A stretch of 64,000 nt of DNA from an uncultured Gemmatimonadales bacterium. Lineage in GTDB: Bacteria > Gemmatimonadota > Gemmatimonadetes > Gemmatimonadales > GWC2-71-9. The notes below the pieces were generated by a model. The model saw nothing but the letters and a program-made list of their open reading frames with translations. It was not told the DNA's origin and did no database searches. The position numbers and the translations under genes were made by a program. Positions 19,788 through 30,255 of this stretch are shown here, one piece after another (position 1 is the first letter of the stretch; each line of letters starts with the position of its first letter). The DNA lies in contig CAVPHS010000001.1 in NCBI GenBank assembly GCA_963704805.1, forward strand, positions 1,234,496 through 1,298,495, read 5' to 3'.

Positions 19788-20267
19788 ATGCAACTCGGGA
19801 CGGTAGCAGCCGTCGCTCTATTTCTGACGGTTCTAGGGTCGCAGGCTTCCGCGCAAGAGACGGAAAAGGAAAAGAAGGTCAAACGGTCCGACCTGCCGGC
19901 GGCCGTACAGCGGACTGCTGACGAACAGAGCGCCGGCGCAACGGTCAAGGGTTATTCGATCGAGGAGGACAACGGCCAGGTCGTCTATGAGGTCGAAATG
20001 ACCATGCGCGGCCACGGGCGCGACGTGCTCATTGGCGCCGATGGGACCGTGCTGGAAATCGAGGAGGAAGTCGCGCTCGACTCACTGCCCGCGGCCGTGC
20101 GGACGGGACTCAAGCAACTCGCCGGGTCCGGCACCATCGGGAAGGTGGAGTCGCTGACCAAGCGGGGCACGCTCGTGGCGTACGAAGCCCACGTGAAGAC
20201 GGGCGACAAGCGCTCAGAGATCCAGGTTGGTCCCGACGGCAAGCCGCTCGCGCACCCAGAGGACTGA
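19788..20267 (+). CDS. PepSY-like secreted protein
   Basis: A signal peptide is present. Two repeats of the pattern LPAAV...G..I...E.....G..VYEV occur. Confidence 0.55.
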   Translation: MQLGTVAAVALFLTVLGSQASAQETEKEKKVKRSDLPAAVQRTADEQSAGATVKGYSIEEDNGQVVYEVEMTMRGHGRDVLIGADGTVLEIEEEVALDSLPAAVRTGLKQLAGSGTIGKVESLTKRGTLVAYEAHVKTGDKRSEIQVGPDGKPLAHPED

Positions 20268-20473
20268 GTAGGGACAATCTGACACCTTCCTAGGCGCAAT
20301 CGGGGCGTGACAACCGTCACGCCCCGCTCTGCTACTCCCCCCCACATTTGACCGCGGCACGCATCTGCCGTCGTAAGGCGGGACCTCGCCCCCCCCTCCC
20401 TCGCTTCATCTGTAGGTGCCGCGCACTCGGCTCCCGCGCTCGCTCGCGGAGCCCTTTTGTGAGGGATCGGACC

Positions 20474-23122
20474 ATGGCCGCCTGGAATATCTTCGGTCGC
20501 GACACCACGCCCGAACAGCTCCCTGCCGAGCTCCGCGCGATCCTCGCCGAGATGAAGCGCGAGCGCGTGGCGTTCGAAGCACTGACCAACGCCGCCCGCG
20601 ACTCCGGTCAAAGCCTGTCACAGCTCATGCAGCCGATCACGGAAGCGCAGAAGGTCATGGGCGAGCTGCAGGCGCGCGTCAAATCGCTCGAGCGGCTGGT
20701 CCCCGTCCTGGCGACGCTCGACGAGCAGACCGAGACCGTCTCGAAGACTCAGCGCCGCACCGAAACCCAGCTCACCCAGAACTCCGAGAGTGCCAAGCAG
20801 CTGCGCACCGAGATCGACGAGCTGCGCGGCGTGCTCGAGCAAGCGCTGGCGCTCAAGAACGACGTCGCCGGCTTCCTCGAGCTTGGCGGCGGGTTCAAGG
20901 CGTTGCGCATGGACGCCGACACGCTGAGCGGCGCAGTGCGCGAGCTGACTCAAGGGTTCGACCAGGTGCGCGCGCGCCAGGAGGAGCTGCGCAAAACGGG
21001 CGATGCCGTTGCGGCGCGGTTCAGCGCGTTTGAAGACCGCCAGCACGACGTACAGCGCAGCGTCGCCGAGACCGAGTCGCGCACCACCGCGGTCGGACAG
21101 ACGCTGAAGGACCTGTCGGCGGCAGCGGCCGAGGCCCTGCAAACCAAACGCCAGCTCACGACACTGAAAGCGTTGGCCGACGGCGTCTCGGAGAAAGTCG
21201 CTGCGCTTGAGTCGCAGCGCGACGTGGTCGAGCGCGCCACGGCCGAAGTGGGCAGGCTCCATGAGCTGATGCGCGACGTCGATGCCAAGATCCGCCGGCA
21301 TGAGGAGAGCGCAAAGGGGCTCAAAGACCTCGAGTCGAAAGTTGGCGAGCTCAAGGAGCTGCATGCTGAAGTCCTGGAGCGCTCGACCGAGATCACGGCC
21401 AATCACACTGCTGTGAAGCAAGCCGATGATGAGCTGCGCGTCCGTCTCGCCGCGCTGCGCGACGACGTGCAGCGGGCCGTGAAGCGGTTTGAGCTCGAGA
21501 ACCAGGGGCTGGACGCCGTCGGCCAGCGGATCGTCGATCTGCGCGGCGGACTCACCGCGATGGAAGGCCGGTTCAAGTCCATGGAGGAGTCGAGCCGCAC
21601 GATCACGGATGTCAACACCAAGGCGGACAGTCTGGCCACGCAGCTCGAGAGCATTGCCGAGAGCGTGGCGACTCTGGGCACACAGGCCGAGCGGGTGCGC
21701 ACGATGGAAGCGAGCACCGGGCGGCTCGGGAATACAGTAGAAGAGATGACGCAGCGGGTGGCGCAGCTGGAAAAGGCCCACCCCGGCGTGAAGGCGGCGC
21801 TGGAGGATATCGCGATGCTCCGGGGCACGCACGAATCGGTCAGGGGCGCGCTGGAGCATGTGGAGGGTGCCGCCAGCGAGATGGCGCGCGTACTCGAGCA
21901 GCAATCAGGCACCAAGGCATGGCTCTCCGGCGTGACCGACCAGATCAAGGCGCTGCGCGGCGAGCTGGCCGCAATCGAGGAGTTGAAGCCGACCGTTGAA
22001 TCGGTGCGCGGCGAAGCCGATCGGGTGTCACAGGCCATGGGGCAGATCGACGCCCGCAGCCGCATGGTGGACGATCTCAACAAGCGACTCTCCGATCTCG
22101 CGACACTCGGCACGCAGCTCGATGAGCGGAGTCGTGAGCTGCTGACGCGGATGCAGGGCGCGGACGAGCGCTTCGGTGAGCTCGCCGCTCGTGCCGATGA
22201 AGCGGCACGGATCGAGAAGCTCGTCCCGGCGGCGGTCACGACCGTCGAACGTGCGGAGCGGCGCGTCGGGGAAGTCGACTCGGCCGTGACGGCGATCGAA
22301 TCGCGCGCCCACAACCTCGAAGGCCTGGCCGAGCGCACCCGCGCGCTGGGTCAGGAGCTCGAGCTCAGGCAGAGCGCGCTGGACAAAGCGTCGGAGCATC
22401 TGGACCGGGTGGCCCAGCTGCGCGAGCAAGCGGCGACTGCCGCCCAGCAGCTCGAAGAGCGCTCGTCCCAGCTGAGCACCGCGGTCACCACCGCGAGCAA
22501 CCGGATGCTCGAGCTGACGGCCATGGTGGACGACCTCGACAATCGTGCCGGCGGCCTGCGCTTCGCCCAGAAGCGCATGGCGAAGTTCGAGGAACGCCTC
22601 GCCAAATGGGAAGCCGTCGAATCGCACTTGACGAGCGCGCTCGAGCAGATGAATCAGCGTCAGGCCACAGTCGATGCCGTGCAGGCCGACATGCACCGCT
22701 TGTACGAGGTCGCCGAGAAGACGACCGATGACGTGCGCTCGATCGCGGGCGCAAAGGAAGAGATTGGCCAGACCCGCGCGATGTTGGAGACGGTGCTGAG
22801 TATGGTGACGCACGTCCACGATGCGGCGAACGGCCTCGATCATCGCAAGCGCCAGGTCGAGCAAGCCGAGGAGCGGCTGGCGCGCGCCGAGGCGATGCTC
22901 GCGGAGGTGCAGGCCGGCTTGGAGCGCCTGCATGGCCAGAAAGCGCTATTCGATCAAGCGGTGACCCAGGCGAGCGCGCTCGAGTTCCATACCAAGCAGG
23001 CGGAGACGGTGATCGCGGCGCTGCGGCGGGAGCGCGAGATCACGGATAACGTGCGGACTGCCGTGTCGCATCTGCGCGAGGAGCGGCGGTCGCAGGAGCG
23101 GCCGACCATAAAATCGGCCTAG
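20474..23122 (+). CDS. large coiled-coil protein (882 aa), function unknown
   Basis: Heptad-rich E/R/L/A/Q sequence runs throughout, with no recognisable NTPase motif. The start at 20474 (MAAWNIFGRD) is preferred over the tracked 20348. Confidence 0.65.
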   Translation: MAAWNIFGRDTTPEQLPAELRAILAEMKRERVAFEALTNAARDSGQSLSQLMQPITEAQKVMGELQARVKSLERLVPVLATLDEQTETVSKTQRRTETQLTQNSESAKQLRTEIDELRGVLEQALALKNDVAGFLELGGGFKALRMDADTLSGAVRELTQGFDQVRARQEELRKTGDAVAARFSAFEDRQHDVQRSVAETESRTTAVGQTLKDLSAAAAEALQTKRQLTTLKALADGVSEKVAALESQRDVVERATAEVGRLHELMRDVDAKIRRHEESAKGLKDLESKVGELKELHAEVLERSTEITANHTAVKQADDELRVRLAALRDDVQRAVKRFELENQGLDAVGQRIVDLRGGLTAMEGRFKSMEESSRTITDVNTKADSLATQLESIAESVATLGTQAERVRTMEASTGRLGNTVEEMTQRVAQLEKAHPGVKAALEDIAMLRGTHESVRGALEHVEGAASEMARVLEQQSGTKAWLSGVTDQIKALRGELAAIEELKPTVESVRGEADRVSQAMGQIDARSRMVDDLNKRLSDLATLGTQLDERSRELLTRMQGADERFGELAARADEAARIEKLVPAAVTTVERAERRVGEVDSAVTAIESRAHNLEGLAERTRALGQELELRQSALDKASEHLDRVAQLREQAATAAQQLEERSSQLSTAVTTASNRMLELTAMVDDLDNRAGGLRFAQKRMAKFEERLAKWEAVESHLTSALEQMNQRQATVDAVQADMHRLYEVAEKTTDDVRSIAGAKEEIGQTRAMLETVLSMVTHVHDAANGLDHRKRQVEQAEERLARAEAMLAEVQAGLERLHGQKALFDQAVTQASALEFHTKQAETVIAALRREREITDNVRTAVSHLREERRSQERPTIKSA

Positions 23123-23156
23123 ATCTTTCCATAAGGCAGGGATGCTGACGGGTTTC

Positions 23157-23826
23157 GATGTAGGGGCGCAGCATGCTGCGCCCCTACGTCATTCGCGGAC
23201 CGCTATCTGCGCGAAAATGGTTATCCGTGCGTGCCCACCGAATCACATCGTGTACCAATGGACGGGCGATGGCATCCCGGCGTCAGCATGCACCGCCGGT
23301 CGATCAGACTACGTGGACGCGACTATTCAGCTCCCGGCACCTATCTGCTGACGATCTGCGCATGCTCTCACTTGTTTGGTCGTGTGCAAACTGGCGCGAT
23401 GATCCTGAGTCGATTTGGTGAGATCGCCCGTGAGTGTTGGACGGACCTTGCAAATCATTTCTCGCACGTCCGTTTAGACGCATTCGTTGTCATGCCTGAC
23501 CATATGCATGGCATTCTGGTCCTGGGCCGTCGCTCTGGACGTGCGTCCGCGGTAGGACGAATAGGCCCCGGATCGCTCGGCGCCGTCGTTAGATCGTTCA
23601 AATCAGCGGTTACGGCGCGGATCAATTCCGAGCGCGGCGCTTGCCCTGGTGGGATCTGGCAGCGGAATTATTTCGATCAAATCATTCGCAGTCGTACAGA
23701 TCTCGATCGTGTGCGACGGTATATTCGGGATAATCCGGTCAGGTGGGATCGCAAACGGCGCGCTCGGTTGGGTCGAAACAGCGCGACGTCTGAATGATGT
23801 AGGGGCGCAGCATGCTGCGCCCCTAC
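23157..23826 (+). mobile_element. RAYT unit: an IS200-like Y1 transposase gene bracketed by two identical REP palindromes
   Basis: GATGTAGGGGCGCAGCATGCTGCGCCCCTAC occurs at 23157-23187 and again at 23796-23826 in direct orientation. Each copy contains a perfect 28-bp palindrome. Confidence 0.8.
23231..23797 (+). CDS. REP-associated tyrosine transposase (RAYT, IS200/Y1_Tnp-like)
   Basis: An HUH motif (MPDHMHGILVL) and a catalytic-Tyr region (WQRNYFDQIIR) are present. The true start may be 23288. Confidence 0.8.
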   Translation: MPTESHRVPMDGRWHPGVSMHRRSIRLRGRDYSAPGTYLLTICACSHLFGRVQTGAMILSRFGEIARECWTDLANHFSHVRLDAFVVMPDHMHGILVLGRRSGRASAVGRIGPGSLGAVVRSFKSAVTARINSERGACPGGIWQRNYFDQIIRSRTDLDRVRRYIRDNPVRWDRKRRARLGRNSATSE

Positions 23827-23922
23827 CTACATCCCCTGCGTCCCTACCTAACGATTCGACGTCCACCCATGATCAGCGACGCCCCTGCCGAACGATCCGA
23901 CGCCGTCCTATGGGAGGATGCC

Positions 23923-24438
23923 CTAGCGGCTCCGTCGCGGCGCAGGTGCGGGCGGCGGCGCCGGTGCCATGGGCAGCGGCAAGTCGCTGTTCCAGATGTC
24001 GTCCACCATCACCCACTTCCCGTTCTGTTGGGCCCAGCGGGCGATGTACTTCCCCGAGTCCACCGCGGTCGTGCCCGGCGGCAGCTTGGCACCGGGAGCG
24101 TAGGCCCAGTGCCAACGGCCTACCTCGATGGCGACGGGTCCGGTGGCCACCACGCGCTCGGACCGCAGCGTCAGGGTCGGTCGTGGGTCGATCGTATTGA
24201 TGGTCGCGAAGAACGCGCGAACGGCGTCCTTGCCTTTCATCGTCGCCATGTTCGGCGGCATGATCACCGCGTCGGCCGCGTAAAACTCCGCGATCGAATC
24301 GGCATGGCCGGTGCTCGTGAGCCGGGGCCATTGGGCGTTGGCGGCGTCGATCGCGTGCTTCGCATCGGCCGTGGTGTCGGCCGGCTGGCAGGCGAAGGCG
24401 GCGGTCACGAGAATGGCGAAATAGCTGTGGGCGCGCAT
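23923..24438 (-). CDS. DUF4440/SnoaL-like (NTF2 fold) secreted protein
   Basis: The size is right and the pattern AEFYAADAVIMPPN...GKYIARWAQQNGKWVMVDDIWN is present. Confidence 0.65.
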   Translation of the reverse strand: MRAHSYFAILVTAAFACQPADTTADAKHAIDAANAQWPRLTSTGHADSIAEFYAADAVIMPPNMATMKGKDAVRAFFATINTIDPRPTLTLRSERVVATGPVAIEVGRWHWAYAPGAKLPPGTTAVDSGKYIARWAQQNGKWVMVDDIWNSDLPLPMAPAPPPAPAPRRSR

Positions 24439-24451
24439 CTAATCTCTCCGA

Positions 24452-25105
24452 CTAAAGGGAAGGGGGGAGAAACCGTTCGAATCGATACGCCAATTCTGGA
24501 CCGTCTTCGCCCTCATACGCAAGCTGCGCGATGAGCAGTGTGAACGGCTCGGTGTAGCGCGCGATCCGGAGTGGCCCCGCGTCCACGGGATCGAACCCCA
24601 CATCGCGGATCAACTCAGCGGCAATCTTTTTGCCCTTGGAATCGTCCCCGCAATACACGAGGCTGGGCTTGGTGGCTTTGCGCCGAGCCGCGAAGACACC
24701 GAACAGCACTTCGCTCGGCACGGTGCCGAATGCGGAGACGACCCGCGCTTTCGGGACCTTCTTTGCCAACTCCTCCGCGCCGGATGAGGTGTGGGCGACG
24801 ACGAGATCAGTATCGTCGGCGTTCATCGGCAGTGAGCAGGTCACGATGACTTTGCCGGTCAGGTCACCCGCCTGTTTCAGGACGTCATCGACACGTGACC
24901 AGTGCACGGCCAGGAGAAGCGCATCCGCATCTTGCGCGGCCTCGGCCGGTGTGCCGGCGCGCGCCTTGCCCTTCGCCTCGCGCGCGAGCTTCTCGAGCTT
25001 CTGTCGGGTGCGGGCATAGCTGAACACCACCTCGTGGCCCGCGCGCGCGAAGATCGTGCCGAGCTTGCCGCCCATCAGGCCGGAACCCAGGATGCCGATT
25101 CGCAT
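24452..25105 (-). CDS. NADP oxidoreductase, coenzyme F420-dependent family (NpdG-like)
   Basis: The N-terminal Rossmann motif MRIGILGSGLMGGKLG is present. The protein is 217 aa. Confidence 0.75.
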   Translation of the reverse strand: MRIGILGSGLMGGKLGTIFARAGHEVVFSYARTRQKLEKLAREAKGKARAGTPAEAAQDADALLLAVHWSRVDDVLKQAGDLTGKVIVTCSLPMNADDTDLVVAHTSSGAEELAKKVPKARVVSAFGTVPSEVLFGVFAARRKATKPSLVYCGDDSKGKKIAAELIRDVGFDPVDAGPLRIARYTEPFTLLIAQLAYEGEDGPELAYRFERFLPPSL

Positions 25106-26092
<987 letters not shown>

Positions 26093-26224
26093 TCAACCTA
26101 CCCCCGAGACGTGAGCCTGGGTAAGTTGGTGCAACGCGCCGCCGGCAATGCATGCGGGAGAGCCGCAAGTGGGTTGCAAGTGAAAGACGCCAAGGCGGTG
26201 TGATGGATCCGGGAAGGGAAAGAA

Positions 26225-26298
26225 CGGGACGTAGCGCAGCCCGGTAGCGCACCTGAATGGGGTTCAGGGGGTCGCGGGTTCAAATCCCGCCGTCCCGA
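26225..26298 (+). tRNA. tRNA-Pro (anticodon GGG), no encoded CCA
   Basis: A manual cloverleaf fits: acceptor CGGGACG/CGTCCCG, D stem GCGC/GCGC, anticodon stem CCTGA/TCAGG with loop ATGGGGT, and T arm GCGGG-TTCAAAT-CCCGC. Confidence 0.85.
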
Positions 26299-26431
26299 TT
26301 GTCGAAGTCGTTGTCTCCGCTGCAACTCCGGGGCGCGCGTCCGCGCGCTCCGAAATGCCTCCGCTCCCTTCTCCGCTACATTCATCGAAACTGCTACTGG
26401 GTCGGGTCACGCGACTGCGGGAGACGAACCG

Positions 26432-26653
26432 ATGAAAGGACAGGACCTGTATTACTGCCGGACGTGCGGCAAGGCGACGCTGCACATCGAGGACCAGACG
26501 AACCACCTGCTGCACCTGCTGCTGTCGGTGCTCACCGCGGGGGCGTGGATCATCGTGTGGATTCTCGCCGCGGCCAGCTTTCGCAAGCCCCGCTGTACGA
26601 TCTGCGGGACGTACGCCAAGTATCGCTATTTCCTTGGATACCGGCGGTCGTAA
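26432..26653 (+). CDS. small zinc-ribbon membrane protein
   Basis: CRTC...CTIC cysteine pairs flank one TM helix. Confidence 0.4.
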   Translation: MKGQDLYYCRTCGKATLHIEDQTNHLLHLLLSVLTAGAWIIVWILAAASFRKPRCTICGTYAKYRYFLGYRRS

Positions 26654-26983
26654 CCCGTCGAGGGTGGGGAGCTGGGCATCGCACGCTGAGAGCCGATCCG
26701 AAACGGCGCCACGTTTCGAATTTTCGTTTTCGATCGGCTCCGCGCGGGTGTAATCGACGAATTCGGTCGAAAAACGCGTCGAGGGAACGCGTTTTTTCCT
26801 CCCATTTGGCTCGCGATTTTCGAATTGCTCGCGAACGACCGAAAAACGCGCGATGGACTGCGCGCGCTCGGTCTCTGCTTCCAAATCAGGGGGTCGCTCA
26901 CCGCAACACGTTGACGGCGCAGCGTCTTAGCGAAGCGCTCCGCCATCTTCTCCGCCGAAAGTGGCCGCAAACCTGCGCCCCGC

Positions 26984-27361
26984 GTGCGCCTCGCGCGTTG
27001 CCTGCCCGTCACCTACCGCTGCGTGCGCACCGTGCCGGGTAACCCGAATTTGCGAGACTACGCGAGCGCTGGGGGGCATGCCCGCGCGCGTCGGCGGCTC
27101 ACGCTCGACCGCGTCGAGCGGGAGTTACCGCCGATGGACACGCCCGAGCATGTGCGCGCGGGACTGCAAACCGTCCAACGGTGGGCCGCCGCGGGGATGC
27201 TCGCGGGCACCGTCGCGGGCGCCTGCGTGCGCGCCGCGGAGGCGTGGCTCAAGCTCCACGAGCACGAGCTGGACCGGCAGCGGATGAAAGCGCTGGAGCA
27301 CCGAGTACGTGAGCTGGAGGCCGAGCTGGCGCAGCGTCCTCAGAGGGGGAGACTCCCGTGA
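26984..27361 (+). CDS. hypothetical protein with a C-terminal coiled coil (position suggests a small terminase, unproven)
   Basis: The ORF lies immediately upstream of TerL. No diagnostic motif was seen. Confidence 0.3.
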   Translation: MRLARCLPVTYRCVRTVPGNPNLRDYASAGGHARARRRLTLDRVERELPPMDTPEHVRAGLQTVQRWAAAGMLAGTVAGACVRAAEAWLKLHEHELDRQRMKALEHRVRELEAELAQRPQRGRLP

Positions 27362-27527
27362 CCGCGGACCGTAGTCGTGTCCCTGTGTCCCATGAGTGCC
27401 GGGACACGCGGACACGAGTCTCGACTCGGCCTCGGAAGGCCGTCACCGCGCCACGTTCTCGTGTCCCGCTGGTCTGGGGATCGGGGCAGGGCGGCCGATC
27501 CACGGGACACGATTCTCGGAGGGTCCA

Positions 27528-29054
27528 GTGAGTGGCCGGGACAGGCGGCTCGACGCACTGGAGCAGCGTGTGGGACGCGTGCACGTCCCGCGCAGCGGCA
27601 CGCACGCCGAGCCGTTCGCGGGCACGATGCTCGACGCCATGGACGCCGCGGGGCTCAGTGGACCGAGCTGGGCGGCGTGGCGCACGTTCTGGCGCGCCGT
27701 GTTCGCGTTGCCGCTGGGCGACGCCGAGCGCGCTGTGTTCGAGCGGCATACCGCGCGCAGTGCCGCGCCGCCCGCGCCGGTGCGCGAGGCGTGGCAGATC
27801 GTCGGGCGGCGCGGCGGCAAGAGCCGCAACGCGGCGGTTGCCGCCGCGTTCCTCGCAGTGCGCCAGGACTACGCGCCGCTGCTCGCGCCCGGCGAGCGCG
27901 GCGTCATTCCGATTCTCGCGGCCGATCGCACACAGGCGGGCCAAGTGCTCGGCTATCTCAAAGGACTGGCGCGCCGCGAGCAGTTCGCGCCGCACGTGGC
28001 GCGCATCCTCAAGGAAGCCGTGGAATTCCGGACCGGTGTCACGGTGCGCGTGCACACGGCGAGCTACCGGACCACGCGCGGCTACACCGTCGTCGGCCTC
28101 GTCGCCGACGAAATCGCGTTCTGGCGGTCCGACGACGAGGGCGTCAACCCGGACAGCGAAGTGCTCGCGGCGCTGCGGCCCGGCATGCTCACCATTCCCG
28201 GCGCGCTGCTGCTCGCCATGTCCACGCCGTACGCGTGCCGCGGCGAGCTGTACCGGGCGCACGAGCGGTATTTCGGCCGCGACGATCCGCGCGTGCTCGT
28301 GTGGAATGCCGACACGCGCAGCATGAACCCCGGCGCCGACGCGGGCGCGATCCGCGAGGCGTTCGAGGAGGACCCGGCGCGTGCCGCGGCGGAATACGGC
28401 GAGGACGGCCGCGTGCAGTTCCGCCGCGACGTGCAGGCGCTGCTCGATGCGGAGGCCGTGCGGGCGGCGATGGTTCCCGGCCGGCGCGAGCTGCCACCCG
28501 TTGGCGGTGTGTCCTACGTCGCGTTCACGGACCCGAGCGGCGGCAGCCAGGACGCCATGACGCTCGCCGTCGCGCACCGGGCGGGCGAGCGCGCCGTGCT
28601 CGACTGCCTGCGCGAGGTGCAGCCGCCGTTTTCGCCGGAGGCCGTCGTCGAGGAGTTTGCGGCGGTGCTCCGCGCGTACGGCGTGACCGAGGTGTGCGGC
28701 GACCGCTACGCGGGCGAGTGGCCGCGCGAGCGCTTCGCCGTGCACGGCCTCCGCTACGTGCCGAGCGAGCTGTCCAAGAGTGACCTCTACCGCGAGCTGG
28801 TGCCGCTGGTGAACGGCGCGCGGGTCGAGCTGCTCGACCTGCCGCGCCTCTACGGCCAGCTCGTCGGGCTCGAGCGCCGGGTCGCGCGCGGCGGGCGGGA
28901 CAGCGTGGACCATCCGCCCGGGGGCCGGGACGACGTGGCGAACGCCGCGGCCGGGGCGCTCGCCTTCGCAGCGGGCACGCCGTCGCCGCTGCTCGCGGCG
29001 TTGCTGGAGCGCGCGGTGTCGGCTGCGCTGCCGCCCTTGGAGCTGCCGGCATGA
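27528..29054 (+). CDS. phage terminase large subunit
   Basis: Walker A (GRRGGKS) and Walker B (VVGLVADEIAFW) are present. The GTG at 27528 is preceded by GGAGGG. The tracked start at 27396 lies inside the GTGTCC repeat region. Confidence 0.75.
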   Translation: MSGRDRRLDALEQRVGRVHVPRSGTHAEPFAGTMLDAMDAAGLSGPSWAAWRTFWRAVFALPLGDAERAVFERHTARSAAPPAPVREAWQIVGRRGGKSRNAAVAAAFLAVRQDYAPLLAPGERGVIPILAADRTQAGQVLGYLKGLARREQFAPHVARILKEAVEFRTGVTVRVHTASYRTTRGYTVVGLVADEIAFWRSDDEGVNPDSEVLAALRPGMLTIPGALLLAMSTPYACRGELYRAHERYFGRDDPRVLVWNADTRSMNPGADAGAIREAFEEDPARAAAEYGEDGRVQFRRDVQALLDAEAVRAAMVPGRRELPPVGGVSYVAFTDPSGGSQDAMTLAVAHRAGERAVLDCLREVQPPFSPEAVVEEFAAVLRAYGVTEVCGDRYAGEWPRERFAVHGLRYVPSELSKSDLYRELVPLVNGARVELLDLPRLYGQLVGLERRVARGGRDSVDHPPGGRDDVANAAAGALAFAAGTPSPLLAALLERAVSAALPPLELPA

Positions 29055-29695
29055 GCGCGCCGGTTATTGGCGTGCATTTGCCCGGCCCGGGCGGGGATGC
29101 GGCGGCACTCGCCGTGGTGCAGCGGCGCGAGCAGACCATCCGCGCGGACGAGCGCGACGAGCAGCGGGCCGTCGAGCAGGCGCTGCTACTGCGCGCGGAG
29201 CCCGCCCTGCTGCGGCGAGGCGTGCAGCGGCGCGTGTCCTGCTTTGATGTGGTGCACCTCGGCCAGCTCGCGTCCGACAGTTCAGTGGCGACCGTCGCGG
29301 GCGAAATCCTGCGGCTGAAGCGTGTGGCCGGGCTCGCGCGCGCGGACCTCGTGGCGGATGGGAGCGCCGTCGGCGCGCCGGTCGTCGAGGAGCTGCGGGC
29401 GCGGGGCTTGGACCCGCGGCACCTCCTCGTTACAGACAGCGGACCGGCGGGCCTGGGCGACGACGGCATCCGGCGCGTCCCGGCCGCGGACCTCGCGGGC
29501 CTGCTGCTCGTCTTGCTGGAAGCGGGCCGCCTGAAAATCGCGGCGGCGTTGCCGGACGCGCCGGTCGTCGTTGAGCAGTTGCGGCGCGTCGGCGCGCGCC
29601 CGGGGCCGCTCGCGGTGGCGCTGCTGCTCGCGGTGTGGTGGGCCGAGCAGCACGGGGCGTACGAGCCGGAGGACTGGCCGGTGCTGCAGTTCTAA
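29051..29695 (+). CDS. hypothetical phage protein (214 aa)
   Basis: It overlaps the TerL stop by ATGA. No motif was recognised. Confidence 0.4.
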   Translation: MSAPVIGVHLPGPGGDAAALAVVQRREQTIRADERDEQRAVEQALLLRAEPALLRRGVQRRVSCFDVVHLGQLASDSSVATVAGEILRLKRVAGLARADLVADGSAVGAPVVEELRARGLDPRHLLVTDSGPAGLGDDGIRRVPAADLAGLLLVLLEAGRLKIAAALPDAPVVVEQLRRVGARPGPLAVALLLAVWWAEQHGAYEPEDWPVLQF

Positions 29696-29772
29696 ACCGC
29701 TCGGGGTCCCTGTCCGGCTAGTCACCGGCGGGGCGTAAGGGGCTACGGACTCCAGCCCGCCCCGGGGCCGGG

Positions 29773-30156
29773 CTACTGCCTAGGTTCCGACCAACCGTCA
29801 ACCTTCTCGTCAACGAACGTGACCCTGGCGCCGGGATAGTGCCAGATGGTGAGGTATCCGGCATCCACGCTCTCGGGCTCGCCGAGCAATTTGCGGACCT
29901 CATCCATCTTCATCCCGCGGCGCAGTCGGCGCCAGTTCGCAAGCGACGTTGGGACTGCCCGGCTTCCCGATGGCTCAACCCTGATGAGGGCCTCCAGTTC
30001 ACTGACGCGTCGTTCGAGGTCGGCAGTCCTGCGCTGGAGAGAATCGATCCGGCGCAGAAGGCTGTCGGCTGACACGTTCTGTCCGACCGCGACGGTCGGG
30101 ATGGAGGCGGCCGTAAACGCGGCGACGAGCGCTGCACGGAATATGGCGGTCATCAT
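29773..30156 (-). CDS. secreted protein with a coiled coil and a BamE/SmpA-like C-terminus
   Basis: A signal peptide (MMTAIFRAALVAAFTAASIPTVAVG) and the segment MDEVRKLLGEPESV are present. Confidence 0.45.
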   Translation of the reverse strand: MMTAIFRAALVAAFTAASIPTVAVGQNVSADSLLRRIDSLQRRTADLERRVSELEALIRVEPSGSRAVPTSLANWRRLRRGMKMDEVRKLLGEPESVDAGYLTIWHYPGARVTFVDEKVDGWSEPRQ

Positions 30157-30255
30157 GGGCCTCCTTCGGCAAGGCACAGCGGCGCTCTGCCAGTAGGGAT
30201 TTGAGTGGACGGCGTGGGTGAGCGGCATAACGAGATGCGCCTAAGCTCTGGTTGA

